Source of the DNA: an uncultured Lachnoanaerobaculum sp.
GTDB lineage: Bacteria > Bacillota > Clostridia > Lachnospirales > Lachnospiraceae
DNA: 64,000 nucleotides
NCBI GenBank assembly: GCA_937925515.1
Contig: CALALP010000044.1
Coordinates: forward strand, 5,184 to 69,183
Direction: 5' to 3'
This document shows, piece by piece, positions 28,735 through 38,273 of the stretch. Position 1 is the first letter of the stretch. Each line of letters opens with the position of its first letter. Under the pieces are notes generated by a model. It was not told the origin of the DNA, searched no databases, and was given only the letters and a program-made list of their open reading frames with translations. The position numbers were made by a program, and so were the translations under genes.

Positions 28735-30816
28735 TTATACCTCCATTATTATTGGTAATATTACAGGGTTTCTCTTTGTTCTTTTCCATAAGAAATCACT
28801 TAAAGCATCTCTTACTATATTTTTAAGCTTTGCCCAATCAGTAATGCGTGAATCTAAACAGTCATATAATGCTGATGACACTACTGCCTTAGCCGCCTCC
28901 ATAAGTTCAGAAGACTCTCTTACATATACAAAACCTCTTGAAACTATATCAGGGCCTGATAGAACATTATTTGTTCCTCTTTCAAGACTCATTGCAATTA
29001 TAATAATTCCATTTTGTGAAAGATTTTGCCTATCTCTAAGCACAATATTTCCTACATCTCCTACTCCAAGACCGTCTACAAAGATAGTACCTGCCTCAAC
29101 TCTATCTACAACTTCAAATTTATTATCACTTACTTCAAGTACATCTCCTGATGAAAGCATTGCAATATTTTCTTTTGCAACTCCCATTGCCTCTGCAATA
29201 GACTTTTGAGCTCTTCTATGTCTGTATTCTCCATGTATTGGGAGTGAATACTTAGGCTTTAATAAACTATACATAAGCTTGATTTCTTCTTGACAAGCAT
29301 GTCCTGAAACATGAGTATCTTGCATAATAATCTCAGCACCTTTCATTGAAAGCTCATTTAAAACCTTTGCAACTGCTTTTTCATTTCCCGGAATAGGGGT
29401 AGAACTCATAATTACTACATCTTCAGGGGTAATGCTTACCTTTTTATGAATTGATGATGCCATTCTTGAAAGGGCGGCCATACTCTCTCCTTGACTTCCG
29501 GTAGTTATTATGACTGTTTTTTCAGGTGGATAGTTTTTAAGGCTATCAACATCAATAAGTGTTCCCTCAGGAATACTTAGATATCCAAGTTCTCCTGCAA
29601 CACCTATTACATTTACCATACTTCTTCCCTCTACCACAACTTTTCTACCAAACTTATGAGCAGAATTTATAATTTGTTGCACTCTGTCAACATTTGAGGC
29701 AAATGTTGCTACTAAAATTCTTGCATTTTGATGCTCTGAAAAAACAGTATCAAAAGTTTTTCCTACACTTCTTTCAGACATTGTAAAACCCGGTTTTGTA
29801 GCATTTGTAGACTCACAAAGCATAAGCATACAACCACTTTTACCTATTTCAGCCATTCTTTGCAAATCTGCACTTTCTCCAAATACAGGAGTATAATCAA
29901 TCTTAAAATCTCCTGTGTGGAAAATAGTTCCTGTCGGAGTAAATATTGCAAGTGCGGCGGCATCAGCAATGGAGTGATTAGTTTTTATGTATTCAATGTT
30001 CATTTCCCCAAATTTAAGAACATCTCCATACTTTACTACATTTAGCTTACTTGTTTTATCAATGCCATGCTCTTTAAGCTTTTTCTCAATAAGTGCAATA
30101 GTAAGCCTTGTTCCATATACAGGAATATTTAGCTGCTTTAAAATATAAGGAAGTGAACCTATATGGTCTTCATGTCCATGTGTTATTACAAATGCTTTTA
30201 CTTTTTCCCTATTATCTAAAAGATAAGTAATATTAGGAATAACAAGGTCAATTCCTAGCATATCATCACTTGGAAATGCAAGTCCACAATCAACTACTAT
30301 TATAGTATCGTCATACTCAAAAGCAGTTATATTCATTCCTATCTGCTCTAATCCTCCAAGGGGTATGATTCGTACAGGCTTTGTACTTAAATTTTTCTTT
30401 CTGGTAGTTTTCCTTACTACTGATTTTTGTGTACTTTTCTTTTCAACAGGCTTTGTTTCTTTAGTATTTAAAATGTTTGTAATTTGTTTTTCAAGGTTAA
30501 AATTTTCAGTTTTAGAGTTTTCAGTCTTAGGATTTTCAGTTTTAAAGTTTTCAGTTTTTACTCTTTTCTTTATTTCAGTTTTTTGAGTAGGCTTATTTTT
30601 TTCAACTTTAACAGTTTTTTTACTCTTAACTTCATTTTCAACTGTCTTTACATTTTTATTTTGCACTTTCTCATTTTGTAACTTTTCTTTATTAACTACT
30701 TTTTCACCCTTACCCTTTTTATTATAGTTATAGAGTTTTGAACCTGTAAGAGATTGGTTCAACTCCTTTATTTTTTGAATCGCTTTTAATGGATTCAATT
30801 CTGTATTATTACTCAT
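28735..30816 (-). CDS. rnj: Ribonuclease J with ~140-aa Lys-rich repetitive N-terminal extension
   Basis: Metallo-beta-lactamase motif HGHEDHIG, beta-CASP and C-terminal domain; N-terminal TENxKTEN repeats. Confidence 0.85.
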   Translation of the reverse strand: MSNNTELNPLKAIQKIKELNQSLTGSKLYNYNKKGKGEKVVNKEKLQNEKVQNKNVKTVENEVKSKKTVKVEKNKPTQKTEIKKRVKTENFKTENPKTENSKTENFNLEKQITNILNTKETKPVEKKSTQKSVVRKTTRKKNLSTKPVRIIPLGGLEQIGMNITAFEYDDTIIVVDCGLAFPSDDMLGIDLVIPNITYLLDNREKVKAFVITHGHEDHIGSLPYILKQLNIPVYGTRLTIALIEKKLKEHGIDKTSKLNVVKYGDVLKFGEMNIEYIKTNHSIADAAALAIFTPTGTIFHTGDFKIDYTPVFGESADLQRMAEIGKSGCMLMLCESTNATKPGFTMSERSVGKTFDTVFSEHQNARILVATFASNVDRVQQIINSAHKFGRKVVVEGRSMVNVIGVAGELGYLSIPEGTLIDVDSLKNYPPEKTVIITTGSQGESMAALSRMASSIHKKVSITPEDVVIMSSTPIPGNEKAVAKVLNELSMKGAEIIMQDTHVSGHACQEEIKLMYSLLKPKYSLPIHGEYRHRRAQKSIAEAMGVAKENIAMLSSGDVLEVSDNKFEVVDRVEAGTIFVDGLGVGDVGNIVLRDRQNLSQNGIIIIAMSLERGTNNVLSGPDIVSRGFVYVRESSELMEAAKAVVSSALYDCLDSRITDWAKLKNIVRDALSDFLWKRTKRNPVILPIIMEV

Positions 30817-30829
30817 TAACCCTCCTAAA

Positions 30830-31099
30830 TTATTCTATTATTATATCCGTATCTTCAAAAAGAACCTTGAATTTTTCAAGTACTTCATTAAGCTCTTCTT
30901 CATTTTCCACGATCATATATATTGACTCTATATCCTCATCTTTAGAGGTATCTTTTAATATTAAAAAACTTTCTTCATCGTCTACCTCAGTAACAAATAA
31001 ATACTTATTATTGTTAAGTTTAATTTCTTCTTCGACTATGAAGTCTACATTTTCCCCTGTTTCATCATCGATAAATGTAATCCTTTTATCCATACTCAT
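30830..31099 (-). CDS. DUF1292 (YrzB-like) small acidic protein
   Basis: 89 aa acidic; position next to ruvX as in B. subtilis yrzB. Confidence 0.5.
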   Translation of the reverse strand: MSMDKRITFIDDETGENVDFIVEEEIKLNNNKYLFVTEVDDEESFLILKDTSKDEDIESIYMIVENEEELNEVLEKFKVLFEDTDIIIE

Positions 31100-31566
31100 A
31101 TCCCTTTACTATCCATGTATTCTTTTAAAATGATAGAGGCCGCAACGCTATCAATAAACTTTTTTCTATCTTCTTTTTTTATAGAACTCATTGCTAAAAT
31201 CTCATTTGCCTCTATGGTTGTAAGTCTTTCATCCACATAAACTATCTCTAAACCTGTACGCCTTTGAAGTCCCTCTTTAAATATATCACATTTTTTTACT
31301 CTTTCGCCTATACTGCCATTCATATTGATTGGCCTGCCTAAAACTATGAGCTTTATATCATATTCCTTTATAAGTTCTTCAATTCTTGCATAAGTTTTGC
31401 GAAGTTTATTTTCACTTTTTCTTGTAATTGTTTCCTTTGGCTGTGCCGTAATTCCAAGTTTATCAATTATTGCAACTCCGACTGTTTTTGAGCCATAATC
31501 TAGTCCCATAATACACATTTTCATCTCCACAAAATCAAAAAACACAACAAAGACCAGCCGAACCAA
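31096..31566 (-). CDS. ruvX: Putative pre-16S rRNA nuclease RuvX/YqgF
   Basis: N-terminal GLDYGSKTVGVAI and RNase H-like fold. Confidence 0.8.
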   Translation of the reverse strand: MVRLVFVVFFDFVEMKMCIMGLDYGSKTVGVAIIDKLGITAQPKETITRKSENKLRKTYARIEELIKEYDIKLIVLGRPINMNGSIGERVKKCDIFKEGLQRRTGLEIVYVDERLTTIEANEILAMSSIKKEDRKKFIDSVAASIILKEYMDSKGI

Positions 31567-31649
31567 AATTGTCCAACTGATCTTGCTTTCTAAATCAGAG
31601 TATTAATTCAGCTCTTATATACCTTTGAACCAGACTCTCATTTACAGCC

Positions 31650-31946
31650 TTACTTTTCAAGTTTAGTATCAATATATACACTAAGTAATTCCTCTAAGAT
31701 TTCATCTCTATCAACTTTCATAATTAGACTTCTAGCACTCTTATGACTTGTTATATAAGTTGGATCACCTGATATAATATATCCAACTATTTGGTTTGTA
31801 GGATTGTATCCTTTTTCTGTAAGTGCCTCATATACTAATTTAAGTACATCACTTACATCCATTTTCTTATTTTGAACTGTCTTAAAAAATTGAGTGTTCT
31901 TCATATCTGCCATATTATTCACGTCCTTTACTTTATAGTAATCCAA
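31650..31946 (-). CDS. IreB family (UPF0297/YrzL) protein
   Basis: 98 aa; synteny upstream of ruvX; conserved GYIISGDPTYITSH region. Confidence 0.55.
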   Translation of the reverse strand: MDYYKVKDVNNMADMKNTQFFKTVQNKKMDVSDVLKLVYEALTEKGYNPTNQIVGYIISGDPTYITSHKSARSLIMKVDRDEILEELLSVYIDTKLEK

Positions 31947-32026
31947 ATTTTTTTGTGGATTACGCTCTCAAAAATCATTGTAAACTAAAACTAGATTTTG
32001 TGCAACAAAGTTATCTTACAATTTAT

Positions 32027-33391
32027 CTAAAAGTTTTCTAACAATAGTATATCTTTAGTTAGAAAATCCTTTATAATTCCTTTTACAACACTTCTTCTTT
32101 TTAAATTGGTATCTTCTATTGCCACTCTTATATACTCCTTAGTATAGCCTGACATATATTCTTTATTATTAATTTCTATCTTATCCTCAATTATAACTTC
32201 TACACTTCTTCCTATATTGAGTTTTCTAAAATTATAAGACATATTTTCTTCTAAAACAGCAAGTATTCCTGCTCTTTTTGACTTATCTTTTCTAGTAAGT
32301 GTATCTTTCATTAAGGCTGCCTTAGTTCCCTCTCTTAGTGAATATGGGAATATATGCATTTCATAAAATCCTATTTCCTTTAAGAAGTCATAAGTTTGCA
32401 AAAATTCCTCCTTAGTTTCCCCCGGAAAGCCTACTATTACATCTGTTGTAATTGCAGGATTATCAAAATATTCTCTTATAAGTCTAACACCCTCTCTATA
32501 CTGCTCTAAGTCATATCTTCTATTCATACGCTTTAGAGTTTCATCACAACCACTTTGTAAGCTTAGGTGAAAATGAGGGCAAAACTGAGGTATTTTCTTT
32601 AAGCCTTGTAAAAATTCTTCAGTTATTATTCGTGGCTCTAAGGAACTTAATCTTATTCTTTCAATATTTTCAACTTCTGAAATTGCCTTAGTTATTTTAA
32701 GCAAACTATTGATTTCTTCATCTTTTAAATCCACTCCATAAGAGGAAAGATGTATTCCTGTAAGAACTATTTCCTTATATCCGTTTAGAGTCATTTTTTT
32801 AATTTCTTCTAAAATGTCCTCTGCCTTTCTACTTCTTACCCTACCTCTTGTAAAAGGAATTATACAGTAAGTACAAAACTGATTACAGCCGTCTTGAATT
32901 TTTATAAACGCCCTTGTATGTTCGTCAGATTGGGAAATGTTTAAGTTTTCAAACTCTTTTGTCTTATTTATATCTATTATATAATCTTTCTTTTTTTCCT
33001 TAGTATTTATCATATAGGCAGGTATTGTTTCAGAATAAACATTTTTATCTGAAAAATAATCGCCTATTATTCTTACTATATCTTTTTTTAGATTATTACC
33101 AACAATTATATCTATATTTTCATCATCTCTGATTTTTTCAGCACTTGCTTGAGCATAGCAACCTGCTGCAACTACTACTGCATCAGGATTTTCACGCTTT
33201 GCTTTATGTAACATTTGTCTTGATTTCCTGTCAGCCATATTTGTTACCGAGCAGGTATTTACAATATATATATCAGCTTTTTGGTTAAAATCAACTACAT
33301 TATAGCCGGCATTTACCATAAGCTGTTGCATAGCCTCTGTTTCATAAGCATTAACTTTACACCCTAGTGTATGAAATGCAACTTTTCTCAT
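32027..33391 (-). CDS. mtaB: MiaB/RimO-family radical SAM methylthiotransferase, probable MtaB
   Basis: UPF0004 N-domain (HTLGCKVN), radical SAM CxxxCxxC (CNQFCTYC), TRAM C-terminus. Confidence 0.8.
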   Translation of the reverse strand: MRKVAFHTLGCKVNAYETEAMQQLMVNAGYNVVDFNQKADIYIVNTCSVTNMADRKSRQMLHKAKRENPDAVVVAAGCYAQASAEKIRDDENIDIIVGNNLKKDIVRIIGDYFSDKNVYSETIPAYMINTKEKKKDYIIDINKTKEFENLNISQSDEHTRAFIKIQDGCNQFCTYCIIPFTRGRVRSRKAEDILEEIKKMTLNGYKEIVLTGIHLSSYGVDLKDEEINSLLKITKAISEVENIERIRLSSLEPRIITEEFLQGLKKIPQFCPHFHLSLQSGCDETLKRMNRRYDLEQYREGVRLIREYFDNPAITTDVIVGFPGETKEEFLQTYDFLKEIGFYEMHIFPYSLREGTKAALMKDTLTRKDKSKRAGILAVLEENMSYNFRKLNIGRSVEVIIEDKIEINNKEYMSGYTKEYIRVAIEDTNLKRRSVVKGIIKDFLTKDILLLENF

Positions 33392-33409
33392 AGTTACTCC
33401 TTAAAACTA

Positions 33410-33445
33410 TTGACTTTATTTAAAATTATTTGTACGATATTAAGA
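33410..33445 (+). promoter_or_regulatory. Candidate sigma-A-like promoter for the Crh-like gene
   Basis: TTGACT - 17 nt - TACGAT (weak -10) with TG upstream; AGGAG RBS 8 nt before the ATG at 33477. Confidence 0.25.
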
Positions 33446-33476
33446 GCAAGAAAATTTTTACTTAAAGGAGATTATC

Positions 33477-33707
33477 ATGAAAACTATCAAGATTTCTTTA
33501 AATTCTATCGACAAGGTAAAGTCATTTGTAAATGAACTATCAAAATACGACGTTGATTTTGATCTTGTATCAGGTAGATATGTAATTGATGCCAAGTCAA
33601 TTATGGGTATTTTTAGCCTTGACTTATCTAAGCCTATTGATTTAAATATCCATGCTGAAAATGGAGTTGACGAAATCCTCAAGGCACTAGAGCCATACAC
33701 TGTATAG
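33477..33707 (+). CDS. HPr-like protein lacking His15 (Crh-like)
   Basis: 76 aa; HPr-fold match around Ser46 (AKSIMGIFSLDL); no His in the His15 region. Good RBS. The overlapping minus ORF 33458..33700 is less protein-like. Confidence 0.5.
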   Translation: MKTIKISLNSIDKVKSFVNELSKYDVDFDLVSGRYVIDAKSIMGIFSLDLSKPIDLNIHAENGVDEILKALEPYTV

Positions 33708-33721
33708 TATTAGTTTTAATT

Positions 33722-33881
33722 GGGGCTGTTACAAATTAATTTTCATTAGCAATGTTATTCTTTTTGTTTTCCATAGAGAAACAGTGAAAACGATATTTGC
33801 TAATTTAAATATTTTCTATTATATATCTTGTCCCCCGTAGGGGGACAAGATATATATGGATAACTATTTTGTAACAGCTCC
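33722..33881. repeat. About 160-bp intergenic element bounded by 14-bp inverted repeats, with an internal GC-rich palindrome
   Basis: Ends GGGGCTGTTACAAA ... TTTGTAACAGCTCC (13/14 complementary); internal palindrome CTTGTCCCCC-GTA-GGGGGACAAG at 33827..33849; a second GTTTTC...GAAAAC hairpin. Confidence 0.3.
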
Positions 33882-33887
33882 ATAAGT

Positions 33888-35081
33888 TTAATGTCTTTTT
33901 GCAGAACAAAGAACTCTATCCTTTGTTTTTATCGCCTTTTCTACCAAGTCATCTATCTTTTCTTGTAAATTCAATTCAGAATTTTTAATCTTATCAATAT
34001 TAGGCTTTGTAACAGGGTGTTTTGCCACAAATATTGTACAGCAATCTTCATAAGGTTCTATTGAAGTTTCAAATGAACCTATCTTTTCTGCAATATCTAT
34101 AATTTCTTGCTTGTCAAAGCCTATTAGTGGTCTAAATACAGGAAGATTACATACTTCATTGGTGGCGGCAAGTGAATGTACTGTTTGACTTGCAACCTGC
34201 CCTATACTCTCTCCTGTTATAAGTGCCAAGTCCTCATTTTCCACTGCAATTTTTTCAGCAATCTTCATCATATATCTTCTCATTATAATAGTCAATTCAT
34301 CATGAGGACAATTTTCATAAATATATAGCTGAATATCAGTAAAATTAACTATATGTAAATTTATAGGACCTGCATATCTTGCAACAATACTTGCTAAATC
34401 AAGCACTTTTTGCTTTGCTCTTTCAGAAGTATAAGGAGGTGCATGGAAATAAACTGCCTCAACCTTAACCCCTCTTTTTGCTACCATATAACCTGCCACA
34501 GGAGAGTCTATACCTCCTGAAAGTAGCAACATAGCCTTACCATTAGTCCCTACCGGCATTCCTCCCGGCCCTTTAATAGACTCTGAATAAATATTTATAT
34601 GATTTCTAATTTCAAGCTTTATAAGAACCTGTGGATTTCTGACATCAACTTTTAAATTATCACAATTTTCCAAAATCTCATGACCTAGTTCTGCACTTAT
34701 CTCCTCTGAGTTCATAGGATATTGTTTATCAATTCTCCTAGTTTGAACCTTAAAAGTATAATTTTTATCTTTGTAAATATCTTTTACATACTCTACTACA
34801 ACAGCTTTTAAGTTGTCAAAATCCTTATCCTCCACTTTAAGCATAGGACATATAGCAACAATTCCAAAAACTCTCGATAGAGTATCTACTGCTGCATTAT
34901 AGTCATAGTTTCCTGACATTTCCACATACACTCTACCTGCCTCTTTTGAAAGCTTAAATTCCCCCTCTACATGATTAAGGGCTATTCTCATTTGCTTTAA
35001 AAGTGCATCTTCAAACACATACTTATTTTTGCCCTTTACTCCAATTTCCCCATACTTTACCATTAATGTTTTATAATTCAT
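33888..35081 (-). CDS. thiI: tRNA 4-thiouridine synthase ThiI
   Basis: THUMP domain plus PP-loop LLSGGIDSPVAG. Confidence 0.85.
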   Translation of the reverse strand: MNYKTLMVKYGEIGVKGKNKYVFEDALLKQMRIALNHVEGEFKLSKEAGRVYVEMSGNYDYNAAVDTLSRVFGIVAICPMLKVEDKDFDNLKAVVVEYVKDIYKDKNYTFKVQTRRIDKQYPMNSEEISAELGHEILENCDNLKVDVRNPQVLIKLEIRNHINIYSESIKGPGGMPVGTNGKAMLLLSGGIDSPVAGYMVAKRGVKVEAVYFHAPPYTSERAKQKVLDLASIVARYAGPINLHIVNFTDIQLYIYENCPHDELTIIMRRYMMKIAEKIAVENEDLALITGESIGQVASQTVHSLAATNEVCNLPVFRPLIGFDKQEIIDIAEKIGSFETSIEPYEDCCTIFVAKHPVTKPNIDKIKNSELNLQEKIDDLVEKAIKTKDRVLCSAKRH

Positions 35082-35109
35082 TTTACCGTCCTAAATTTGT
35101 ATTTTTTTG

Positions 35110-36264
35110 TTATCTAGCCGTAAACTTCCTAAGCACTGGCACTACTTCTTTAAATACCTTTATAAATTCTTTTGCCTCTTCTAGGGTTGAGTAACTTGAT
35201 AAAGATATTCTTATAGTTGAATCCCATAAATTACTTGAAGTACCTATATTTCTTATAGTTGAGTGTGGGTTGACTTTCTTTGCTGAACAAGCTGAACCAC
35301 TTGAAACATAAATATCTCTTTCCTCTAAAGTGTGTAAAAGCACTTCACTCCTTACACCTGATACTGAACAACTTACTATATGAGGTGCTGAATCAGTATT
35401 CTTATATGAGTTAAGATATACCCCCTCTATACTTGAAAGTTCATCAATTAGGAAATTTTTTATTTCTATAAGCTTTTCTATTTTTTTATCAAAATCTTCA
35501 TAAGCCATTTTGCTTGCAAGACCTAAACCTGCAATACCATAAACATTTACTGTACCACTTCTCATTCCTTTTTGCTGATTGCCTCCAAAAGAAATAGGTT
35601 TAATGTTTACATTTTCATCTATAAATAAAAAACCTACTCCCTTTGGAGCATGGAATTTATGACCACTTACACTAAGAAGGTCAATTCCAAGTTGTTTTGG
35701 ATTTATTTTAATTTTTGCATAGGCTTGAACTGCGTCTACATGAAAAATAATCTCAGGATTTTTCTCTTTTATTATCTTAGAAACTTCATAAACAGGTTCT
35801 ATACTCCCTATTTCATTATTTACATACATAATTGAAACAAGTATTGTATCATCTCTTATGCTATCTTTTAATTCATCTAGTAAAATATGCCCTTTATTAT
35901 CTACACTAAGCTTAGTAACTTCAAAATCATTTTCTTTTAAAAATTCAGCTGTTCTATATACTGACGGATGTTCAATCCCTCCTATTATGACATGCTTACC
36001 TCTTCTCTTACTTGCAAGAGCAGTTCCTATAATTGCAAGATTATTTGATTCTGTACCTCCTGAAGTAAATACTATCTCTTTAGCTCTTACTTTTAATGTA
36101 TCTGCTATTTGTTCAGCAGCCTTTTTTACATACTTTTCAGCCTCAACTCCCATAGTGTGCATTGCTGAGGGATTAGCATAATCATCTCTCATAGTTTTAG
36201 CTACTAGCTCAATAACTTCTTCATGCACCTTAGTTGATGCTGAATTGTCAAAATAAATTCTCAT
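35110..36264 (-). CDS. Cysteine desulfurase (NifS/IscS family)
   Basis: PLP-lysine motif SGHKFHAPKGVG; active-site Cys near the C-terminus (SSGSACS); paired with thiI. Confidence 0.85.
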   Translation of the reverse strand: MRIYFDNSASTKVHEEVIELVAKTMRDDYANPSAMHTMGVEAEKYVKKAAEQIADTLKVRAKEIVFTSGGTESNNLAIIGTALASKRRGKHVIIGGIEHPSVYRTAEFLKENDFEVTKLSVDNKGHILLDELKDSIRDDTILVSIMYVNNEIGSIEPVYEVSKIIKEKNPEIIFHVDAVQAYAKIKINPKQLGIDLLSVSGHKFHAPKGVGFLFIDENVNIKPISFGGNQQKGMRSGTVNVYGIAGLGLASKMAYEDFDKKIEKLIEIKNFLIDELSSIEGVYLNSYKNTDSAPHIVSCSVSGVRSEVLLHTLEERDIYVSSGSACSAKKVNPHSTIRNIGTSSNLWDSTIRISLSSYSTLEEAKEFIKVFKEVVPVLRKFTAR

Positions 36265-36302
36265 AGTTATACCAATCTTTCTTATATCAATTTTTCTATA
36301 TA

Positions 36303-36782
36303 TTATTTATGATAAGGTTCATTATTCCTTATTTTATAACTTCTATATATTTGCTCAAGCAAAATAATCCGCATGAGTTGATGCGGAAATGTCATGTCTG
36401 AAAAGCTCAATCTTATATCTGCTCTTTTTAAAACCTTTTGAGATAAACCTAAAGAACCACCTATTACAAAGAATATATTTGATTTAGATTTTATTTCAAA
36501 TTCCTGCATTTTTTTTGCTAACTTTTCTGAACTTAGTTTTTCTCCTAATATATCGAGAGCTATTAAAAATGAGTCATCTTTTAATTTACTTAAAATTCTA
36601 TCTCCCTCAATTTCTTTAACTTTCAATATTGAATTATCCTGATTATTATTAGGAGTTTTCTCATCTTTTAACTCTATTATTTCACATTTACAGTATCCTG
36701 AGAGCCTTTTTATATATTCTGCAACTGCCTCTTTATAAAAAGACTCCTTGATACTGCCTATACAAATTATATGTAAATTCAT
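36303..36782 (-). CDS. rlmH: 23S rRNA (pseudouridine1915-N3)-methyltransferase RlmH
   Basis: 159 aa SPOUT protein; MNLHIICIGSIKE N-terminus typical of RlmH. Confidence 0.8.
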   Translation of the reverse strand: MNLHIICIGSIKESFYKEAVAEYIKRLSGYCKCEIIELKDEKTPNNNQDNSILKVKEIEGDRILSKLKDDSFLIALDILGEKLSSEKLAKKMQEFEIKSKSNIFFVIGGSLGLSQKVLKRADIRLSFSDMTFPHQLMRIILLEQIYRSYKIRNNEPYHK

Positions 36783-36791
36783 AAACTTTAG

Positions 36792-37496
36792 TTATTTAAC
36801 ATTGAAAAAATATCCAATCCCCCATTTAGTATGTACAAATTGCGGCTCACTTGGCTTAGGTTCTATTTTTTCCCTAAGTCGCCTTACATGAACATCAACT
36901 GTTCTGGCATCTCCACCGTCATTTGCCTTATTACCCCAAATTTCAGCTAAAAGTTTATCTCTACTAAATACCTTATTTGGATTAGTTGCAAGAAGTTCCA
37001 ATATATCAAATTCTTTTGCAGTTAGATTTATTTCTTTATCATTTATTGTAACTCTATGACTTTCCAAATCAAGCTTTAAACTTCCGGCAACAATTATATT
37101 TTCCTTATCTTCATCTTTCTTAGAGTTTTTATTTCGTCTAAAAATAGCCTTAATCCTTGCTTTTACCTCTAAGATATTAAAGGGCTTTGTAATGTAGTCA
37201 TCTGCACCATACTCAAGTCCTAAAATTTTATCTAAATCTCCACCTTTGGCAGTAAGCATAATTATAGGAACTTCTGAAAACTCTCTAATAGCCTGACAAA
37301 CTTCCATACCGTCAGCCTTTGGTAACATCACATCAAGTAAAACTATATCATAAGTATTATTCTTTGCAAGTTCAATAGCCTCTTCGCCGTCATAAGCACA
37401 ATCAACTTCCATTCCGTCTTGTTCAAGGCTAAAACGTATACCCTTAACTATTAACTTTTCATCATCTACAACTAATGCTCTTGCCATTTTTTCCAC
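36792..37496 (-). CDS. OmpR/PhoB-family response regulator (orphan)
   Basis: Receiver (VVDDE...LLDVMLPKADG) plus winged-helix C-terminus (VHVRRLREKIE...GIGY). No adjacent kinase. Confidence 0.85.
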   Translation of the reverse strand: MEKMARALVVDDEKLIVKGIRFSLEQDGMEVDCAYDGEEAIELAKNNTYDIVLLDVMLPKADGMEVCQAIREFSEVPIIMLTAKGGDLDKILGLEYGADDYITKPFNILEVKARIKAIFRRNKNSKKDEDKENIIVAGSLKLDLESHRVTINDKEINLTAKEFDILELLATNPNKVFSRDKLLAEIWGNKANDGGDARTVDVHVRRLREKIEPKPSEPQFVHTKWGIGYFFNVK

Positions 37497-37498
37497 CC

Positions 37499-38215
37499 CT
37501 AAACTGTTATATTATCTTTTATCTTTTCAAAGGCATTTTCTTTTATTCCCGGTACTTTTTTTATGTCCTCAATAGTACCAAACTTACCATTTGCCTTTCT
37601 AAAATCAATTATATCTTCTGCTCTTTTTTCACCTATTCCTTTTAAACTCATAAGTTCTTCTTTTGTGGCAGTATTTATATTAATTTTTCTATCTGTCTTT
37701 TTATCTTCATTAAGATTTTCATTAATTTTGGTTTCAAAACTTATACTACTTTCCTTTAAAGCCTCTAACTCTCCTTGATTTGGGATATATATTTTCTCGC
37801 CGTCTTCTATTTTTCTAGCTAGATTTATATAATCTTTTACTGCATCTTCCTTAAAACCACCTGCTTTTTCAATAGCTTGGTTCACTCTTTCCTCAGAGTT
37901 CATTTCATATACTCCCGGAGAATTTACTGCACCACAAACATACACATATATATTTTCCTTTGTTTGAGCTACACTTTGTGCATTTATGGTTTCTATTTTT
38001 TCAGTAGTATCTGATGTCTTTTCATCTTTTAAAGAACTTTTAGTACTTTCTAAGTTTCTTTCATTTTCTAAAGTATTTTCATTTTTTGAAATGATTTCAC
38101 TTTTACTACTAAATTTCTCACAACTATAAAGTATTCCTGCTACGATTATCAAAACTACTAAAAATGCTTTTTTAAGTATATTAAAATTAATTTTCATTCG
38201 GCTCCTTTCGGACAC
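37499..38215 (-). CDS. comEA: ComEA-like helix-hairpin-helix DNA-binding protein
   Basis: N-terminal TM; C-terminal HhH pair (INTATKEELMSLKGIGEKRAEDII). Confidence 0.75.
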   Translation of the reverse strand: MSERSRMKINFNILKKAFLVVLIIVAGILYSCEKFSSKSEIISKNENTLENERNLESTKSSLKDEKTSDTTEKIETINAQSVAQTKENIYVYVCGAVNSPGVYEMNSEERVNQAIEKAGGFKEDAVKDYINLARKIEDGEKIYIPNQGELEALKESSISFETKINENLNEDKKTDRKININTATKEELMSLKGIGEKRAEDIIDFRKANGKFGTIEDIKKVPGIKENAFEKIKDNITV

Positions 38216-38273
38216 CGTATAAGTCTATTAATATCATACTACAAATTTAATTCTAAAAACAAGTAGAAATTAT

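Noticed and set aside
33458-33700. 80-aa minus-strand ORF overlapping the Crh-like gene
   Set aside because: The plus-strand frame aligns to the HPr fold and has a canonical RBS; the minus frame is S/I-rich with no start context.
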